The translations under genes were made by a program, and so were the position numbers. 64,000 bases of DNA from Squalus acanthias (Eukaryota): contig JASTWF010000034.1 of NCBI GenBank assembly GCA_030390025.1, positions 3,906,001-3,970,000 on the forward strand. Reading direction: 5' to 3'. Shown in pieces: positions 24,216-35,817 of this stretch (its first letter is position 1; each line of letters begins with the position of its first letter). The notes beneath the pieces were generated by a model. That model saw only the letters and a program-made list of their open reading frames with translations, made no database searches and was not told the DNA's origin.

Positions 24216-24529
24216 AGTTCATTTCTCTTTTGCCTGAAAATGGAAGAAGAAGAAGAAGAAGAAGAGTGAACTTACCCTGACAAACATGTCATCGTGTTTG
24301 ACAGAGGGGAAGAATAATTAGAAGCAGCAAAGGATTAAAACGAAGGGATCAAAGGAAAAACACTTAAAATATTAACCAATGAGATAAATACGCTGTAAGC
24401 ACCTCAATACTCCAGGAAACTCTCTGGAAACATTAAATTATCGCATAATCATACTCACAGAACCATAACTGTCAGTCAACATTCTCAAACCCTCCATCAC
24501 CATTCCAGGGTCTGCACAGACCCACCAGA

Positions 24530-24910
24530 GGTGGGGACACAGGGGTATACAATCGGGAGGGAGAAACCCTGCGAGTCCACAACATTGCCTGAGGATATAA
24601 TGAAGTCTGATGGCTTCCAGTCAGACATGGGCAAGGTAACTTCCTGCCGATCACCACCTACCGCCCTCCCTCAGCTGATGAATCGACACATCTTCATGTT
24701 GAACACCAGTTGATGGAGCACTGGGAGCAGAAAGGGCACAAATTATACGCTGGGTCGGGAGGGGGAAACTTCAATGTTCATAACCAAGAGTGGCTCGGAA
24801 GTACCATCATTAACCGAGCCCTGAAGAACACAGACTGGGATTGCGGCAGGTGGTGGGAGACCCAAGATGAGAGAATAGACTGCTTGACCACGTCCTCACC
24901 AACCTACCTA
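24530..24910 (+). mobile_element. LINE endonuclease fragment (CR1/L2 group, second family)
   Basis: TTYRPPSADES..HVEH, GNFNVHNQEWLGS across frameshifts. Confidence 0.6.
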
Positions 24911-25570
24911 TCTGACAGTGCAGTGCTCCCTCAGTACTGCCCCTCTGAGAGTGATGCGCTCCCTCAGTACTGCCCCTCTGACAGTGATGTGCTCCCTCAG
25001 TACTGCCCCTCTGACAGTGCAGTGCTCCCTCAGTACTGCCCCTCTGACAGTGCAGTGCTCCCTCAATACTGCCCCTCTGACAGTGCAGTGCTCCCTCAGT
25101 ACTGTCCCTCCGACAGTGCAGTGCTCCCTCAGTACTGCCCCTCCGACAGTGCAGTGATCCCTCAGTACTGCCCCTCCGACAGTGCAGTGCTCCCTCAGTA
25201 GTGCCCCTCTGACAGTGCAGTGCTCCCTCAGTACTGCCCCTCCGACAGTGCAGTGCTCCCTCAGTACTGCCCCTCCGACAGTGCAGTGATCCCTCAGTAC
25301 TGCCCCTCTGACAGTGCAGTGCTCCCTCAGTACTGCCCCTCTGACAGTGCACTGCTCCCTCAGTACTGCCCCACTAACAGTGCAGCGCTCCCTCAGTACT
25401 GCCCCTCTGACAGTGCAGCGCTCCCTCAGTACTGCCCCACCGACAGTGCAGCGCTCCCTCAGTACTGCCCCTCTGACAGTGATGCGCTCCCTCAGTACTG
25501 CCCCTCTGACAGAGATGCACTCCCTCAGTACTGCCCCTCCAACAATGCAGCACTCCCTCAGTACTGTCTT
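24911..25570. repeat. 33-bp SINE-derived minisatellite (CTGACAGTGCAGTGCTCCCTCAGTACTGCCCCT), about 20 copies
   Basis: Unit matches DeuSINE 22759-22790 (CCTCCAACAGTGCAGCACTCCCTCAGTACTGC). Confidence 0.93.
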
Positions 25571-25604
25571 GAGTGCAGTTTGTCATGGAGTGCAGCTTGG
25601 AACC

Positions 25605-28600
25605 GAGTGTTAAGCTGCGAGTTTGGTGAGTGAGGGAGTTCATGGAGGGATGTGTTCCTTTCTTTTTCTGTCTTTGTCAGCTTCCAAGACCCGGTCAGTA
25701 TTTCTACAGTCCAGTCGTTAAAGTAAAAGTAAGGTCTCGAGTTTAGAGCAAGTAGTGTTTAAAGGGAAGTCAGGTCCCTAGTGTATTTAATATTCTTTAA
25801 TTTAAAGGGAGTAAATTATGGGTAGGACATGGCAGGGCAGCTCGGCAGCGTGGAGTGCTCCTCCTGTGCTATGTTGGAAGACAGGGACACTTTAGGTGTC
25901 CAGGGCGAACACATGTGCAGCAAGTGACCCCAGCTGCAGCTACTCGAAAACCGCGTTTCGGAGCTGGAGCTGCGACTGGAGTCACTGTGGAGCATCCGCG
26001 AAGCTGAGATCTTCGTGGATAGAACATTTAACGAGGTGGTCACACCGCAGGTAAAGAGTGCACAGGCAAATAGGAAATAGATGACCGCCAGACAGTGTAA
26101 AAGTACTAGGAAGGCAGTGCAGGAGTCCCCAAGGTCCATCTCCCTCTCCAACAGATTTTCCATTTTGGATACTGATGGGGGAGATGGTTTCTCAGGGGAA
26201 TGCAGCAAGAGCCAAGTCCATGGCACTACGAGTGGCTCAGCACCACAGGAGGCGTGGGGGGGAAAGAGTGGGAGAGCAATAGTGACAGGGGATTATATCG
26301 TAAGGGGAACAGATAGAAGTTTCTGTGGCCGCAGACGTGACTCCAGGATGGTATGTTGCCTCCCTGGTGCCAGGTTCAAGGATGTCACTGAACGGCTGCA
26401 GGGTATTCTGAAGGGTGAGGGTGAACTGTCAGAGGTCGTAATCCACATTGGTACCAACGACATGGGTAAAAAGAGGGATGAGGTCCTGCAACAAGAATTT
26501 AGGGAGCTAGGTAGCAGATTAAAAAGCAGGAGCTCAAAGGTTGTAATCTCTGTTTTACTCCCGGTGCCACGTGCTAGTGAGTATAGGAATAGGAGAATAG
26601 AGCAGATGAATGGGTGGCTAAAGAGTTGGTGCAGGAGGGAGGGCTTTCGTTTCCTGGATCACTGGGTCTGCTTCTGGGGAAGGTGGGACCTGTACAATTT
26701 GGACGGGTTGCACCTGAACCGGAACGGGACCAACATCCTTGCGGGGAGGTTTGCTGGTGCTGTTGGCGGGGGGGGGGGGGGGGTGGGGGGCGGGTGCGGT
26801 TTAAACTAACTTGGCAGAGGGATGGGATACGGAGTGGAGCTATAGTAGGGGGTGATGCACAGCCAAATATAGAGGAAAAAACAAGTCAGCCTGGAAGGCA
26901 GAGCAAATATGTAACGGCACAAGAATGTAAGGCAAGCCTGGTGGGCATTTATTTTAATGCAAGGAGTCTTGCGAGTAAGACAGATGAATTGAAGTTGTTG
27001 ATGAACACATGGGAGTATGATATTGTTGCTATCACAGATACATGGTTGAGGGAGGGGCAGGACAGGCAGCTCAATATTCCGGGGTATAGAATCTTCAGGC
27101 GAGACAGAGGGGTGTGTAAAAGAGGAGGGGGTGTCTCAATATTAATCAAGGAGTCAATTACTGCAGTAAAGAGGGAAGATATCTTAGCAGGTTCCTCTAA
27201 GGAGGCCATATGGGTAGAACTTAAAACCAAAAAGTGGGCAAGCACTTTGCTGGGATTGTACTACAGGGCCCCAAACAGTCAGGGGAGATAGAAGAACAGA
27301 TATGTAGGCAAATTTCAGAGAAGTGTCTAAATAATAGGGTAATAATAGTAGGGGATTTCAACTTCCCCAATATTAACTGGGATAGTCAGAGTTTGAAAGG
27401 CTTAGAGGGTGCAGAATTCTTAAAGTGCATCCAGGAGAGCTTTTTGAGCTAACATATAGAAAGTGCTACAAGAGAGGGGGCAGTTCTGGACCTAATTCTA
27501 GGGAATGCAGCCATGCAAGTGGTAGAAGTGTTAGTAGGAGAGCATTTTGGTGACAGTGACCATAATTCGGTGAGATTTAAGCTACTCATTGAAAAGGACA
27601 AAGATGGACCGGAATAATGGTTCTAAATTGGGGGAAGGCCAATTTTAATATGATAAGGCAGGATCTGGCCAAAGTGGACTATGATCAGCTACTTGTAGGA
27701 AAATCCACATCAGAGCAGTGGTACTCTTTCAGAAAGGAAATAGAGAGAGTACAACACCAACATGTTCCCGTAAAAGTTAAGGTTGGGACCAACAAGCCCA
27801 GGGAACGCTGGATGTCAAGGGATATACAAGAATGGATTGGGAAAGAAAGAGAGGCTTTAGGCAGATACAAAGGACTAGAAACAGTGGAAGCCCTAGAGGA
27901 GTATAGAAAGTGCAGGGGGGTAGTTAAAAAAGAAATTAGGAGAGCGAAGAGGGGGCATGAAAAAAAACACTGGCGGGCAAAGAAAAGGAAAATCCCAAGG
28001 TGTTTTATAAGTATATTAAGGGCAAGAGGATAACCAGGGAAAGAGTAGGGCCCATTAGGGACCAAAGTGGTAATCTGTGTGTAGAGCCGGAAGATGTAGG
28101 TGAGGTTTTAAATGAATATTTTGCATCTGTGTTCACTATGGAGATGCACGATATAGGCATAGAAATCAGGCAAGGCGATTGTGGTATACTTGAATAAATT
28201 AGTATTGAGAGGGAGGAGGTATTGCGGTTTTAGCGGGCATAAAAGTGGATAAATCCCCAGGCCCAGACGAGATGTATCCCAGGCTGCAGTGTGAGGCAAG
28301 GGAGGAGACTGCAGGGGCTCTGACATAAATTTTCAGAACCTCTCTGACCACAGGGCAGGTGCCAGATGACTGGAGAACACCTAACATAGTACCATTGTTC
28401 AAGAAGGTTAGTAGGGATAAACCAGGGAATTACAGGCCATTGAGCCTAACATCAGTGGTAGGGAAATTCTTGGAAAAAATTCAGAGGGACAGAGTTAGTC
28501 TACACTTGAAGAGGCAAGGATTGATCAAGGATAGTCAGCATGGCTTTGGAAGGGGGAGATCAGTTCTAAGCAATTTGATTGAAGTGACTAGGTTTCTGGA

Positions 28601-28985
28601 TGAGGGTAGTGCAGTTGATGTAGTCTACATGAACTTCAGTAAGGCTTTTGACAACGTCCCACATGGGAGAATGGTCAAGAAGGTAAAAGGCCATGGAATC
28701 CAGGGCAATTTGGCACATTGGATCTAAAATTGGTTTAGTGGCAGGAGGCAGAGTGTGATGGTCGAAGGTTGTTTTTGTGACTTGATGCCTGGGTCCAGTG
28801 GTGTACCGCAGGGATCAGTGCTGGGACCTTTGCTGTTTGTAGTGTACATTAATGATTCAGATATGAATGTAGGAGGTATGATCAGCAAGTTCGCAGATGA
28901 GACGAAAATTGGTGGTGTGGTAAATAGCGAGGATGAAAGCCTCAGGCTACAGGACGATGTAGACGGTTTGGTTAGATGGGCAGAA
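25605..28985 (+). mobile_element. CR1 LINE with 5' UTR, ORF1 (zinc finger/zipper + SGNH esterase) and ORF2 (EN + RT), decayed and cut at its 3' side
   Basis: ORF1: C..C..C..* L.LLE.RV.ELE, SLSNRFSIL, GDYIVR, CLPGA, HIGTND, DGLHLN. ORF2: [51 protein letters not shown]; multiple stops and frameshifts. Confidence 0.95.
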
Positions 28986-29882
28986 CATAGAAACATAGAA
29001 GAAAGGAGCAGGAGTAGTCCATTCGGCCCCTCGAGACTGCTCCGATATTCAATGCGATCATGGCTGATCATCCAAATTCAGTACCCTGTCCCTGCTTTCT
29101 CCACATATCCCTTGATCCCCTCAGCCTTAATAAATATATCTAACTCCTTCTTGAATACATTTAATAAATTGGCCTCAACTGCCTTTTGTGGTAGAGAATT
29201 TCACAGTTTCACCACTCTCTGGGTGAAGAAATTCCTCCTCATCTCAGTCCTAAATGGCTTACCAATTATCCTTAGACTGTGACCCCTGGTTCTGGAGTCT
29301 CCCGCCATCGGGAACAGCCATTCTACATATAGTCTGTCTATTGCTGTTAGAATGTTATAAGTTTCAAAGAGATCCCCTCTCATTCTTCTAAACTCTAGCG
29401 AATATAAGCCTAATCAAAACAATCTCTCTTCATACGTCATTCCTACCATCCCAAGTATCAGTTTGGTGAATCTTCGCTGCACTCCCTTCATGGTAAGAAC
29501 ATCCTTCCTCAGATAAGGCGATCAAAACTGCACACAATACTCAAGGTGTGTTCTCAGCAAGGCCCTGTACAACTGCAGCAAGCCATCCTTGCTCATGTAC
29601 TCGAATCCTCTCGCTATGAAGGCCAACTTAGCATTTGCCTTCTTAACCGCCTGCTGCACCTGCATGCTTACCTTCTGCGACTGGTGCACAAGGACACCCA
29701 GATCACGTTGCACTTCCCCTTTTCCCAATCTATTGCCGTTCAGATAATAACCTACCTTCCTGTTTTTGCCACCAAAGTGGAAAACCTCGCATTTATCCAC
29801 ATTATATTGCATCTGCCATGCATCTGACCAATCACCCAACCTGTGCAAATCATACTGGAGTTTCTCTGCATCCTCCTCACAG
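28986..29882 (-). mobile_element. 5'-truncated CR1 LINE, antisense
   Basis: WQMQYNVDKCEV..RDLGVLVH..HLEYCVQF..RRNFFTQRVV; same subfamily as 60376-61747. Confidence 0.92.
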
Positions 29883-29984
29883 TACAGAGGGAAAGAAATT
29901 AACTTTAAAAGGGGAATTGGATAAATACCTGAATGGGAACAATTTGCAGGACTATGGGAAAAGAGCAAGGGAATGGGAATAATT

Positions 29985-30485
29985 TGAGGGGTGAGGCCAT
30001 GGTGGGATTTGAACATGAGAGAAGAATATTTAAATCGAGTTGTTGCCGGATCGGCAGCCAATGTTGGTCAGTGATCACAGGGGTGATGGGTGAATGGGAC
30101 ATGATGTGTGTTAGGATACGGGCAGCAGAGTTTTGGATGAGATCTAGTTTATGGAGGCTTGTTACTGGGAGGCCGATCAGGGGAGCATTGTAATAGTCGA
30201 GTCTGGATTTAACAAAGGCATGGATGAGGGTTTATGCAGCGGAAGGGTTGAGGTGGAGCGGAGATGGGTGAAATTTTGGGGGTGGTATTCGGCAGGACTG
30301 GTGATTGAGAAGATATATGTGTTTGGAACTCAGCTCAGGGACAAAGAGATCGCAGAGGTTGCAAACAGCCTGGTTCAGCCTCAGACATTGACCAGGGAGG
30401 GGGACTGAATCGGTAGATAGAGAATGGAGTTTGTGACGAGGACCGAAGACAATGGCTTCGCTCTTCCCAAGATTTAAATGACAAA
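29985..30485 (-). mobile_element. L2-type LINE RT C-terminal fragment
   Basis: SHSPITPV..D.HWLPIRQ.L.FK....FKS.HGL.P, typical of the L2 C-terminus. Confidence 0.7.
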
Positions 30486-30624
30486 CAGTAATTCAGTGAA
30501 ACGTGGTTTACAGACCCAATTTCCGGATATAGAGACTTACTGGGACACCAACAGCAGCAAAGAATGAAGAATAGTAATAGTTAGCAAAGGTTTGCAGATT
30601 TAATAGCTGGATAGAGAGACTTAC

Positions 30625-30805
30625 CAGGCACACCAACAGCAGCTAGGAGCGGATAGTAAATGTATTGAATAATCAGAAGTGCCAAATAGATCCGATCGTC
30701 TAATGGCAGCCAATCATAATTTTCTGAAAGATCGTCAAACTCCCAGCTGAAACTCCTGCCCATTGTTGCAGCATTCCAATCTACTGTTCTCAGATTCCGA
30801 CCCAT
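30625..30805 (-). CDS. GPR139-like: GPR139-like GPCR exon 1 (N-terminus + first half of TM1), distal
   Basis: MGRNLRTVDWNAATMGRSFSWEFDDLSENYDWLPLDDRIYLALLIIQYIYYPLLAAVGVP + G|GTAAGT; 181 nt = phase 1, joining exon 2 in frame (..GVP-V-NL..) to give 360 aa. Start codon choice is inferred. Confidence 0.8.
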
Positions 30806-30914
30806 TGTTGTAACATTCCAATCTACTGTTCTCAGATTCCGACTCCCTCTCTGTGGAGCAGCGCGCTGATCCCTGTCAGTGCCGGAGGCGATGCTCTCAC
30901 TGACACTACGTGAT

Positions 30915-31085
30915 AACACATTGAAAGGAGTCCCATATTAATAGAAGAGGGAAACCCTGCACTGATACAATTAGAATCCATGGAGACTGACATTAATTAC
31001 AGTCACTAAACAAACATCTTCAGTTAACCCGTGGAGACTGACATTAATTACAGTCACTGAACAAACAGCTTCAGTTAAGCCCTTT
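30915..31085 (-). promoter_or_regulatory. Putative promoter of distal GPCR exon 1
   Basis: TATA-like CTATTAATAT (minus strand, ~30937-30946), GGGGAAACCC, and a 51-bp tandem duplication of GACTG-ACATTAATTA-CAGTC..AACAAACA; homologous to 21085-21200. Confidence 0.55.
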
Positions 31086-31129
31086 CAATCCAACACTTTT
31101 TGTACCACAGTAAAGTAGAACATTTACCC

Positions 31130-31715
31130 GGTCCGGATGGGAAGTATGAGGATTGCTGAGGAAAGAAATGGTGGAAATAGCGCAGGCTCTGGCCAGAATA
31201 TTTCAATCCTCCTCGGATATGGGAGTGGTGCCAGAGGACAGGAGGTTTGCAAATTTTACACCCTGTTTAAAAAAGGAGAGAGGGATAAACCCTGTAACTG
31301 CAGGCCAGTCAGTCTAACGTCAGTGTTGGGAAAACTCTAGAGGCCATATTCACTGAGAAAAGTATCTGTCTTTGGAAAAAACATGCATTAATAAATGACA
31401 ACCAGCTTGGATATGTTAATGGCAAAGTGTGCCTGACAAACTTGATTAAATTCTGTGATGAAGTAACGGAAATGGTTGATGAGGGTAGTGCGGTTGAAGT
31501 TGAGTATATGGACTTTAAAAATGCATTTGATGAAGTACAATTGAATAGACTTGATAGGACCAAAGGGACAGTGGCAGTGGGGATCTGACATTGGCTCAGG
31601 GACAGAAAACCGAGAGTGGTGGTGAACGGTTGTTGTTCAGACTGCAGGGAAGTATACAGTGGTATCCCCAGATGTCGCTATTCGGACCACTGCTCTTTTT
31701 GATATATATTAATGG
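31130..31715 (+). mobile_element. CR1 RT fragment (probably continues at ~33595-34430)
   Basis: FKKGERDKP.N.RPVSLTS; CLTNL; MDFKNAFD; degenerate SG.PQ.S..GPLLFLIYIN. Confidence 0.8.
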
Positions 31716-32515
31716 TGGAAAGGATTTGGGGAGTCAGGAGGTGACACACTCGCCGCAGAATACCCAGCCTCTGACCTGCTCTGTTAGCCACAGTATTTAT
31801 GTGGCTGGTCCAGTTAAGGTTCTGGTCAATGGAACCCCCCAGGATACTGATGGTGACGGATTTGGCGATGGTAATCCCATTGAAAGTCAAGGGGATGTGG
31901 CTCTTGTTGGAGATTGTCATTGCCTGGCACTTGTTTGGTGTGATTATTACTTGCCACTTATCAACCCAAGGCTGAATGTCATCCAGGTCTTGCTGCATGC
32001 GGGCATGGACTGCTTCATTATCTGAGGAGTTGTGAATAGAACTGAATACTGAGCAATCATCAGCGAACATCCCCACTTCTGACCATAGGATGGAGGGAAG
32101 GTCATTGATGAAATAGCTGAAGATGGTTTGGCCGAGCACACTGCCCTGATGTACTGCTGCAGCGATGTCCTGGGGCTGTGATGATTGACCTCCAAAAACA
32201 ACAACCATCTTCCGTTGTGCCGGGTATGACTCGAGAAAGTGGAGAGTTTTCCCCCTGCTTTCCATTGCCACAATTTTACTGGGGCTCCTTGATGCCGCAC
32301 TCAGTCCAATGCTGCCTTGATGTCATGGGCAATCACTCTCTCCTGACCTCTGGAATTCAGCTCCTTTGTCCTTGTTTGGACCAAGGCTGTAATGAGGTCT
32401 GGAGACGAGTGGTCCTGGCAGAAATCAAACTGGGCATCGGTGAGAAGGTTATTAGTGAGTAAGTGCCACTTAATAGCACTGTTGAAGAAACCTTTCATCA
32501 CTTTGCTCATTTCAC
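31716..32515 (-). mobile_element. LINE RT fragment (second CR1/L2-group family)
   Basis: DIKAALD; VHQGSVLGQTIFSYFINDLP; GMFADD; WVDKWQV. Confidence 0.85.
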
Positions 32516-32569
32516 CAGTCTGCCTATGTCCTCCTGAAGCCTACTACTATCCCGCTCTGTGTATATGAC

Positions 32570-33512
32570 TTCGGGCTGGAGGGAGGTAAAGAGTGGAGTT
32601 CCCCAGGGTTCAGTACTGGGGGCTGGAGGGAGGTATACAGTGGAGTTCCCCAGGTTCAGTACTGGGGTCTGGAGGGAGGTATACAGTGGAGTTCCCCAGG
32701 GATCAGTACTGGGGTCTGGAGGGAGGTATATAGTGGAGTTCCCCAGGGTTCAGTACTGGGGTCTGGAGGGAGGTATACAGTGGAGTTCCCCAGGGTTCAG
32801 TACTGGGGTCTGGAGGGAGGTATACAGTGGAGTTCCCCAGGGTTCAGTACTGGGGTCTGGAGGGAGGTATACAGTGGAGTTCTCCAGGGTTCAGTACTGG
32901 GGTATGGAGGAGGTATACAGTGGAGTTCCCCAGGGTTCAGTACTGGGGTCTGGAGGGAGGTATACAGTGGAGTTCTCCAGGGTTCAGTACTGGGGTATGG
33001 AAGGAGGTATACAGTGGAGTTCCCCAGGGTTCAGTACTGGTGTCTGGAGGGAGGTATACAGTGGAGTTCCCCAGGGTTCAGTACTGGTGTCTGGAGGGAG
33101 GTATACAGTGGAGTTCCCCAGGGTTCAGTACTGGGGTCTGGAGGGAGGTATACAGTGGAGTTCCCGAGGGTTCAGTACTGGGGTCTGGAGGGAGGTATTT
33201 CGTGGAGTTCCCCAGGTTTCAGTACTGTGGTCTGGAGGGAGGTATACAGTGGAGTTCCCCAGGGTTCAGTACTGGGGTCTGGAGGGAGGTATACAGTGGA
33301 GTTCCCCAGGGTTCAGTACTGTGGTCTGGAGGGAGGTATACAGTGGAGTTCCCGAGGGTTCAGTACTGGGGTCTGGAAGGAGATATACAGTGGAGTTCCC
33401 CAGGGTTCAGTACTGGGGTCTGGAGGGAGGTATACAGTGGAGTTCCCCAGGGTTCAGTACTGGGGTCTGGAGGGATGTATACCGTGGAGTTCCCCAGGGT
33501 CCAGTACTGGGG
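32570..33512 (+). repeat. 47-bp tandem array derived from CR1 RT motif B ([15 protein letters not shown]), about 20 copies
   Basis: Unit TGGAGGGAGGTATACAGTGGAGTTCCCCAGGGTTCAGTACTGGGGTC; translation cycles through three frames. Confidence 0.95.
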
Positions 33513-33594
33513 AGAGGGGGGAGACATAAATATTATAGTTATAGCCATACATTTCCATTACTGATTGATATTACTTATTTATTTCTAATAGCTC

Positions 33595-34430
33595 GTTAAT
33601 GGGCAAATAATTGGCAAATGCAATTTAACACAGATAAATCTGAGGTATTACATTTTGGTAAGAAAAGTAGAGAGGTGACGTAGTACTTGGAAAATAAGAA
33701 TCTAAATGGGGTAGAGGAGCAAAGGGATCTCAGAGTACAAATACACACATCACTGAAAGTAGCGACACAGGTTAATAAGGCCATAAAAAGCAAATCAATC
33801 ACTCGGGTTTATTTCGGGAGGGGTAGAATTGAAAAGTAGTGAATTTACGCTAAACTTGTATCGAACCTTGTTCAGACCGCACTTGGAGTGCTGCGTACAA
33901 TTCTGGTCGCTGTATTATAAAAAGGATAGAGGCACTGGAGAGGGTGCAGAGAAGATTTACACGGATAATACCAGAAAAGCAAGGTACACATATTAGGAAA
34001 GGATGAACAGGCTGGGTCTCCTTTCTCTTGAAGGCTGAGGGTTGACCTGATAAAGCTCTTTAAAATGAGGAAAGGTTTTGATGGAGTGGATACAGAGAGA
34101 ATGTTTCCACTTGTGGGGAACAGCAAAATTAGAGGCCATCAATATAAGGTAGTCACCAAGAAATCAAATAGGGAATTCAGAAGAAACCTCTTTACCCAGA
34201 GAGTGGTGAGAATGTGGAACTCGCTACCACAGGGAGTGGTTGAAGCGAATAGTATTGATGCATTTAAGGGCCAGTTAGATAAGCATATGTGGGAGAAGGG
34301 AATAGAGGGTTACGCTGATAGAATTAGATGAGGTAAGACGGGAGGAGGCTCGAGTGGAGCATAAACGCTGGCATGGACTGGTTGGGCCGAATGGCCTGGT
34401 TCTGTGCTGTATACCCCATGTAATCCTCTG
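33595..34430 (+). mobile_element. CR1 LINE 3' part
   Basis: WANNWQMQFN..; RRNLFTQRVVRMWNSLP; CR1 tail. Confidence 0.9.
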
Positions 34431-35145
34431 TTACAGAGTAAAGCTCTCATCAAATAACCCCAGGGCAGGTACAGTGGTTTAGATACAGAGTTCAGCTCCC
34501 TCTACACTGCCCCACCAAACATTCCCAGGGCAGGTACAGCACGGGTTAGATACAAAGTAAAGCTCCCTCTACACTGCCCCACCAAACAGTCCCAGGGCAG
34601 GTACAGCACGGGTTAGATACAAAGTAAAGCTCCCTCTACACTGCCCACCAAACACTCCAAGGGAAGGTACAGTGGGTTAGATACAGAGTAAAGCTCCCTC
34701 TACACTTCCCACCAAACAGTCCCAGGGCAGGTACAGCACGGGTTAGATACAAAGTAAAGCTCTCTCTACACTGTCCCACCAAACAGTCCCAGGGCAGGTA
34801 CAGTGGGTTAGATACAGAGTAAAGCTCCCTCGACACTGCCCACCAAACAGTCCCAGGGCAGGTACAGCACGGGTTAGATACAAAGTAAAGCTTCCTCTAC
34901 ACTGCCCCACCAAACGGTCGCAGGGCAGGTACAGCACGGATCAGCTACAGAGTAAAGTTCCCTCCAATTTGGTTCATCAACACAACCATCTCTGATACAT
35001 CATGTGTTCAATGCAGCGTACAGCTCCCTTGACACTACCCAATGAAGCACAACCAGCTCGGGTACAGCATGGGGTCAATACAGAATAAAGATCCCTCTGC
35101 ATGTAAGTGTCAAACACTCCCGGGTGAGGTACGGGCAAGGTTCAT
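34431..35145 (+). repeat. 67-bp satellite array (CCACCAAAC variant)
   Basis: Direct periodicity, degenerating toward 35.1 kb. Confidence 0.88.
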
Positions 35146-35282
35146 CTCCGAGTTAAGCTCCGCTCAACTTGTTGCATCAAAGGCCGAGCCTGACGGCAGA
35201 TGTTGAACAGCTCCCAGTATCTGGTTAGACTCTCACCTGGGCAGAATCCTGGACTGATGGGATTCTCAGTAAAGTTCCTCAC

Positions 35283-35770
35283 CTTTCCAATCATTGTTGA
35301 AGCTTCCCGTTTTATCCCGTCTCCGACACGGGGGTCTCGATCCCACCAGATCTGCTCTGTGAACCCAGCGACATTTTTGTAGTCCCAGTGAGTGTGGCGA
35401 TGATTTAACTTCTCTCTCTCCACCTTCCTGAGATATTGCTCACTCCCAGAGACTGTCAATAGAAAAATGATTCATATTAATCCCAGATCCAGCACCTGGA
35501 ATACAGTGGGCCTGTTTTTGTGACTGGGATTGTATCTAATTTCATTATATTTGCAATTAATGTGTATTTGAATTACTTACATTTATATTAAATTGTTCCT
35601 TTCAGCCCTTTGCCCTGTTTATTGGGACTAAACTCACTGCCAGTGTCAGCTGTCACTCCAGCTCCTCCCACACTGACATCCCACTGATGGGCCGTAACCA
35701 GGGGCGGGGCCCTGTTTCCAAGTGACATCACACAGGAGCTGGGAGCCAATCAATCAATGAGCAGCCTGGA
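35283..35770 (-). pseudogene. Orphan gene 5' cassette copy A (promoter, non-coding exon ending 35638, exon 35452-35283 with ATG 35374; 1-nt deletion relative to copy B)
   Basis: CCAAT and GGGGCGGGGC boxes, donor |GTGAGT, acceptor TTGACAG|, donor AAG|GTGAGG; ATG to donor = 92 nt with an in-frame TAA. Confidence 0.5.
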
Positions 35771-35817
35771 AAAATGTTAAAGCGGCCAAGCCCCTCCCAA
35801 TCCCCCCGGGGCAGGTA

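Noticed and set aside
24265..24400. Strong minus-strand donor (AGG|GTAAGT at ~24272) as another GPCR first exon
   Set aside because: Upstream frames contain stops and lack the YYP..AVGV TM1 signature
23595..25643. Cys-periodic ORFs (REQCNLVCPGNEIPGL; SDSAVLPQYCP)
   Set aside because: Translations of the 51-bp and 33-bp arrays; the latter is SINE-derived
26765..26800. Poly-G run / G-quadruplex at the end of CR1 ORF1
   Set aside because: Simple homopolymer expansion in a dead element; length unreliable
32559..33599. 346-aa protein with repeated RT motif as a functional gene
   Set aside because: A 47-bp unit cycles through frames; no catalytic FADD motif; explained as a minisatellite
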